Positions 59,712 through 64,000 of a DNA stretch of 64,000 bases are shown here, piece after piece. The stretch is from Cyanidioschyzon merolae (taxonomy: Eukaryota), in the NCBI GenBank assembly GCA_000091205.1, contig AP006489.2, one strand, 5' to 3'. The notes under the pieces were generated by a model. That model was not told the origin of the DNA. It did no database searches and worked only from the letters and a program-made list of their open reading frames with translations. A program made the position numbers and the translations under genes. Positions within the stretch are counted from its first letter, which is position 1; each line of letters starts with the position of its first letter.

Positions 59712-62249
59712 ATGGCTAGCACGGGGGAGTCGGCGGCAGCCCTGGAGACACCGCTTGCTGCTGAGGCCTTCCGTGAAATGCTCAAGGACTTGGATACGAA
59801 TGCTGCTCCTATGATTAATGCTTTGGCTTGGATAGCACTCGAGAACGAAGACGGAGCTCGGGAGATTGCAGCGCTGCTGCTAGAGCGCCTAGAGCGAGGC
59901 GCGTCCGCGCTACAGTCGGACAAACGAGCAAACTCGCGAACATCATCCCTAGACAAGGTATCGGGGGCAAAGGATAGCGCGGTAGCAGTCTCAGAAGACG
60001 CCCTACTCGCAACGCTCTACCTGATCGACTCGATCATCAAAAGAGTCGGTCCTTTCCTAGACGCTGCGCAGCGGTATCGGAGCTATCTCCAGGAGCAAGG
60101 TCTGGCGGCGCTGTTGCGACAGCTAAGGAAAACCCATACCGCACTTGCCCCGAGAATTGACAAGCTTGTAAACCTGTGGCAAGATGCTCGATACTTTGGA
60201 CGAGCGTTCACAGAGCAGGTATTCGAACGCGAACGAGATGCCCCGTCGGTGCCGGCATCCTCAGCACCGTCCACAGAGCCTGGTGCTCCGGAGCGAGCAT
60301 CGTTGCAGTCGACCGGCACAACCACGGCCAGTGCTTGGTCTAGCGTACAGCTGGCGCCGTCGTCGAGTTCCATGGTGGACGCAGGCCGTTTGCCAGATGC
60401 CAGTGGACCGAACGCTGACATCCAAGTCGCCTCGGAGCGTTTGATTCAATTCGTCCAGCAAGGAATCCTACCACCAGCAGAGGATGTAACTCTCTTTGAT
60501 CGTCTCGTACAGGCGCAGCTGAGCGTGCTGGGTCCCCGCGACTGGTCTTTGCGGCAGTATCTGGAGCAGTTGCGGATGCAGATGCAGGTTGCCATCCGCT
60601 CTCTCGCTGAGGCTAAAAGAGCTTCCTGGATGGGTGCAGGCCGGGCGCCCGGCATGACCCCCGATATGCCTGGTGCGCTCATCGGCGGCGTACAGCAAAC
60701 GGTACCGCCTTCTGCGGCGGTGCCTTCGACGTTGCCGTACGGGGCTGTTCCGCCGGCTTCGTTGCAGCGACCTCTTCCAGGCTCGAACTGGAACCCCATG
60801 GAGCACTCCGCTGCACCAGGCTATTCCCTGAACTGGTCAGTGCCGGGCACAGCGGCAGCGGTCTCTTTCTGGGGCGGCGGAACACATACCGCCTCAACGC
60901 ACAGCCACACGAGTGCGGTAGGCGCACCGCCGAGTACTGACGAGGCTGAAAGTGTCTCTTCGGGAAGCGAGCGTCCACGACGGAAACGGCGTGAGCGCTG
61001 TGTTAGCTTTTGTGACATCAAACGAATTTCACCATCGCACGCTGTTGAACAGCTCTACAACAGGCTCCCATTAAAAGCGGATGGTACGGGTATTCGGTTT
61101 CGGACGCGGACACAGCTCCGGGATCATTTGGACTGGGTGTTCGCGGAGAATCAGCGGACACGCCTCCGTCAACGCGGTGGTATGTCGCGAAACTGGTTCA
61201 TGAATGCGACTGAGTGGATGCAACATGCAGGTGGATATCCTGGTACCGGTTTCGAGTCGCCGCCAGCTGATGCAGTAAGTGGCGGTCTGGCTCCCTCTCG
61301 CGACGCGTTCGTGGAAGCGGGGCTCGTGTTTGCAGCACCAGCCTCCTCGGATACGGAAACGAACTTGCGAGGCACCGGTCATGATAACGTGGCAAGCATG
61401 GCGACGGAGGTGAGCAGTGACCGAGCGCGACGCCTTGCCGACGGCTCTGCTGCGCCTGCTTCAACATCGGAGGCGATTCCGGCCATTATTGAGGACGCGG
61501 TTTGTCCGGTATGTCATGAAGAACTTGAGACTTTCTATGATGCCGAGAGAGATCAGTGGCTTTGGCGTGATGCGGTCATGGATACGGAAACCGGCTTTGC
61601 GTTCCATCGTCAGTGCTATGGCGAAGGGGTTAATTTGCTATTAGATGAACGTGCGGAGCATACCGCAGCAGCAACAGAAGAAGAAGAAGAAGAAGAAGAA
61701 AGCCCAACAGCGTCCGAGTCGGCGTACCCAGCGAAGCGTCAGCGTTCCAAGTCCGGGGACGAGCCCGGGAAATCCGAGTTGTTCGCTGCGGCCACCGTTC
61801 CGCAAGCTGCTGTGGAGTATGAAAAACTGCATCAGTCGCATCATCAGCTCGCTGAGGAAAGCAGGTCGGTTTCACAAGGCGACACAGCCGCTCGTGATCG
61901 TAATGCATTGCTTCAGAATGCTGCAAACACGTCAACTGATGCCCGCAAGCTGAATGAGCAGCTGCTACCGCACACGCTTGAGTCGTCAAGAACAGAGCGG
62001 CAACCTCACGTTGTTGGGGATGGATCTCAGGCGACAGAGCGATTCACAGAGCCTTCGTGCTCAGCGGAAGCAAGTTCCTCGCAAGCGTTGCGGCACTCGG
62101 ATGCAGAGGAGCTAGAGGCGCTTACCGTTCGAGAGCTGCGAGCACGCCTCGATCGTGCGGGTGTTCCTCATCGACATCTGAAACGAAAGGCAGACTTAGT
62201 AGCAGCGCTCGCGGCGGATGCAACGAGCGTCGCCCAGGAGCATCCGTAA
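59712..62249 (+). CDS. Pcf11-like protein: N-terminal CID domain, Pcf11-type zinc finger, and a C-terminal SAP-like motif
   Basis: CID-like ..LATLYLIDSIIKRVGPFLDAAQRY... Pcf11-type zinc finger CPVCHEELETFYDAERDQWLWRDAVMDTETGFAFHRQCYGE (compare human ..CAICQEKFEQFWDEEEEEWHLKNAI....YHPSCY). SAP-like C-terminus LTVRELRARLDRAGVPHRHLKRKADLVAALA. PolyE from (GAA)8 at 61677-61700. ATG at 59712. Confidence 0.7.
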   Translation: MASTGESAAALETPLAAEAFREMLKDLDTNAAPMINALAWIALENEDGAREIAALLLERLERGASALQSDKRANSRTSSLDKVSGAKDSAVAVSEDALLATLYLIDSIIKRVGPFLDAAQRYRSYLQEQGLAALLRQLRKTHTALAPRIDKLVNLWQDARYFGRAFTEQVFERERDAPSVPASSAPSTEPGAPERASLQSTGTTTASAWSSVQLAPSSSSMVDAGRLPDASGPNADIQVASERLIQFVQQGILPPAEDVTLFDRLVQAQLSVLGPRDWSLRQYLEQLRMQMQVAIRSLAEAKRASWMGAGRAPGMTPDMPGALIGGVQQTVPPSAAVPSTLPYGAVPPASLQRPLPGSNWNPMEHSAAPGYSLNWSVPGTAAAVSFWGGGTHTASTHSHTSAVGAPPSTDEAESVSSGSERPRRKRRERCVSFCDIKRISPSHAVEQLYNRLPLKADGTGIRFRTRTQLRDHLDWVFAENQRTRLRQRGGMSRNWFMNATEWMQHAGGYPGTGFESPPADAVSGGLAPSRDAFVEAGLVFAAPASSDTETNLRGTGHDNVASMATEVSSDRARRLADGSAAPASTSEAIPAIIEDAVCPVCHEELETFYDAERDQWLWRDAVMDTETGFAFHRQCYGEGVNLLLDERAEHTAAATEEEEEEEESPTASESAYPAKRQRSKSGDEPGKSELFAAATVPQAAVEYEKLHQSHHQLAEESRSVSQGDTAARDRNALLQNAANTSTDARKLNEQLLPHTLESSRTERQPHVVGDGSQATERFTEPSCSAEASSSQALRHSDAEELEALTVRELRARLDRAGVPHRHLKRKADLVAALAADATSVAQEHP

Positions 62250-62415
62250 AAGGTTGAAAAAACCAAAGTCGCGGGACTCCGAGGCAGCGTCTCTTATGAT
62301 GGCACGAGAGTTTCGGTGTTTATCGGACGCGCTTCCGGGACGGATGCTGATAGTGGCTGCCAGTCTGACGCTCCACTGAACAGGAGCGCGATTCACTGCA
62401 AGATTTCCGGGCCTC

Positions 62416-62435
62416 GTGTGTGTGTGTGTGTGTGC
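62416..62435. repeat. (GT)10 microsatellite
   Basis: cgtgtgtgtgtgtgtgtgtgtgcg, read directly. Confidence 0.85.
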
Positions 62436-64000
62436 GTTGCGCTCTGTGAAGGCCTGTGGATCGAGGAGCTTGCACGCGCACCGTACGGAAGGAGCGTTCT
62501 CCTTCGACCTTGGCGGAACGGGTACGGCGCTCTAGATCACAGAATTGAAAGTAGAGCGTTTGCCTGCATGTGCTGCAACGTTGCCGAAACGCTCTAGTGC
62601 TGCACGATGAGCTTCCAAAGTGACGTCATTTTTCACGACGCAGAATGCCAGGTTACGCATCTTGGTTCCGGGAATGCGGCGGCTTCTCTCAAGTCAGATG
62701 AAACTTCCCACAGGGTACTGCTCGCTTTGTTCCTGACCTGCAATTTTTTACTGAACATGTTTGAGAGATACAACTTTGGAATTCCATGGACAGGAGTACA
62801 GACTTGCGGATACATATGTGATTTTAGGGCTCTGATTTGTCGCTTCGTATGGGATCGTTCGAAGCGTTGCTGCGGGGTTTCGTTCCGCCGCTGTCATCGA
62901 GTTGATTCGCGACGCCCCCGAACACGGGTTCGTAAGCTACCGGGTAGCATCATTCAGCTCATACGTACAGGCCCTCACTCTTCTTCTTCTCATTTCGTTT
63001 AGAATCACCAAGAGACGAATTCTACAAGTTTTCGATCTATCAGTTTTCCCCTTTGCAGTGAGCCGGTGTCCGAGCAAACGTGGCGCTAATGCATCCGATG
63101 GATACCATGAGCAGACATGAGGGAGAAGAAGCGAAGCTGGCCGGCGATGTGGAGTTCATGAAGCGAATTCTATGTCTTTCGTACGGAGCGTCGGCGGCAT
63201 TCACGAACCATTGGAGGAACGAACAGGAAACGTGTTGCGGGACGCAATGCTGTCCGTAATGAAACAAGTACCAAGAAGAAATCCTGGGCTGGCGAGGAAC
63301 TCGAGCGATTCCGATCCGTCCACGCTCGAATCGTAACAAGCGATGATGCATACTCCAGCGGAATCGATCGCTGCGATGACTAAAGTCCGAGTCCAGAATC
63401 CTTGTTCATGTGATCACAAATGGCAGTTTGCCGCTGATAGCATATCCAGCGCGGGGTATCGTGTTGCGGTGACATCTCGGTTAGTAGCTGGCCCCAAAGA
63501 AATCATGATTTTGCCTTTGACCGGAATCGATGATTTGACGTGGAAACTTCACTGAATGCTTGGCAAGAGCTAGTGAATGAGTCGCCAAGCAACGACGTTG
63601 CGTTTGTCCGTCATCGATCCAAGAGCGCGCATCGCAGCTCCAAAGGTTGCATTGGAATAAAATTATGGAATAATTGAAGCATGCATGATTTGATCATGAG
63701 ACAAGTTAGGAGCTGGGAAGCGTGGAAGCCTTTGCATACAATTTGGATCATGAGATTGATGGTCTACGAACCGTGGTGCGATGTCATCGCAAGCCATCTA
63801 CATCGCGTTGCCGTGTCGAATACCGCCTGAAAAGCGGTGAAGGAGCCATCCCGAACAGACAACCGAGAACTCTAAAACGGCATGTAAATCCACAAGTTCC
63901 TACGGATGCATATCGAGTATCGAGGTTTTCTATCTCAAATAGAACAGTAAGCAGTCGAAAAGAATAACAAATCGAGCAGTTCCGTGGACCAGGTGAATCT

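Noticed and set aside
1-64000. Prokaryotic origin of the window because of the TnpB-like genes and intron-less ORFs
   Set aside because: Every other gene is a eukaryote-specific protein: Set1, SBDS, MND1, TBCE, small Tim, RanGAP-like, CENP-S, Pcf11, USP12/46 and eukaryotic-type TrpRS. The polyQ and polyE microsatellites and the TATA-containing repeats also fit a eukaryotic nuclear genome.

Overview
The window is GC-rich (about 58-60% by eye), gene-dense eukaryotic nuclear DNA. Genes are compact and apparently intron-poor, lie on both strands, and encode typical eukaryotic housekeeping proteins. The likely source is a protist or alga-like organism; I cannot name the species. The supplied ORF track accepts TTG and GTG as start codons, so I re-trimmed most gene starts to the first in-frame ATG and checked those positions in the sequence. 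Recognisable genes are: Set1-type H3K4 methyltransferase (RRM + SET + post-SET); SBDS; MND1; tubulin cofactor E (CAP-Gly + LRR); a TPR protein; a Rad60/Esc2-like protein with two SUMO-like domains; a small Tim (twin CX3C); a RanGAP-like LRR protein; a WD40 protein; M18 aspartyl aminopeptidase; ROMO1/Mgr2; CENP-S/MHF1; an NCS1-like permease; a USP12/46-type deubiquitinase; Trp-tRNA synthetase; a DEAH-box helicase; and a Pcf11-like CID protein. The main non-housekeeping content is a ~3.15 kb element present in two inverted copies (23150-26301 on the minus strand; 36619-39787 on the plus strand), about 98-99% identical to each other. Each copy carries a ~650-aa ORF with the hallmarks of a TnpB/Fanzor-type RuvC nuclease: a GADPGNTN RuvC-I motif, an ..IDEFRTS.. 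TS/zinc-finger remnant, and a QDFNAAVNI RuvC-III motif. In both copies the ORF runs off the 3' end of the element without a stop codon, in frame with the host gene immediately downstream. Copy B is intact and fuses to the aspartyl aminopeptidase gene. Copy A is a pseudogene (start codon lost, 1-bp frameshift) and fuses to the small-Tim gene. A second, unrelated inverted-repeat pair has 1.6-kb non-coding arms that are ~99% identical (6693-8303 and 12950-14551). It brackets a 4.6-kb segment carrying SBDS and MND1. Further features: a 5 x 116-bp minisatellite in which every unit carries a TATAAATA motif; a 2 x 91-bp tandem duplication; several microsatellites, one of them polymorphic between the two repeat arms; and a ~5-kb low-GC gene desert between the two nuclease elements. 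No rRNA, tRNA or CRISPR features could be supported.
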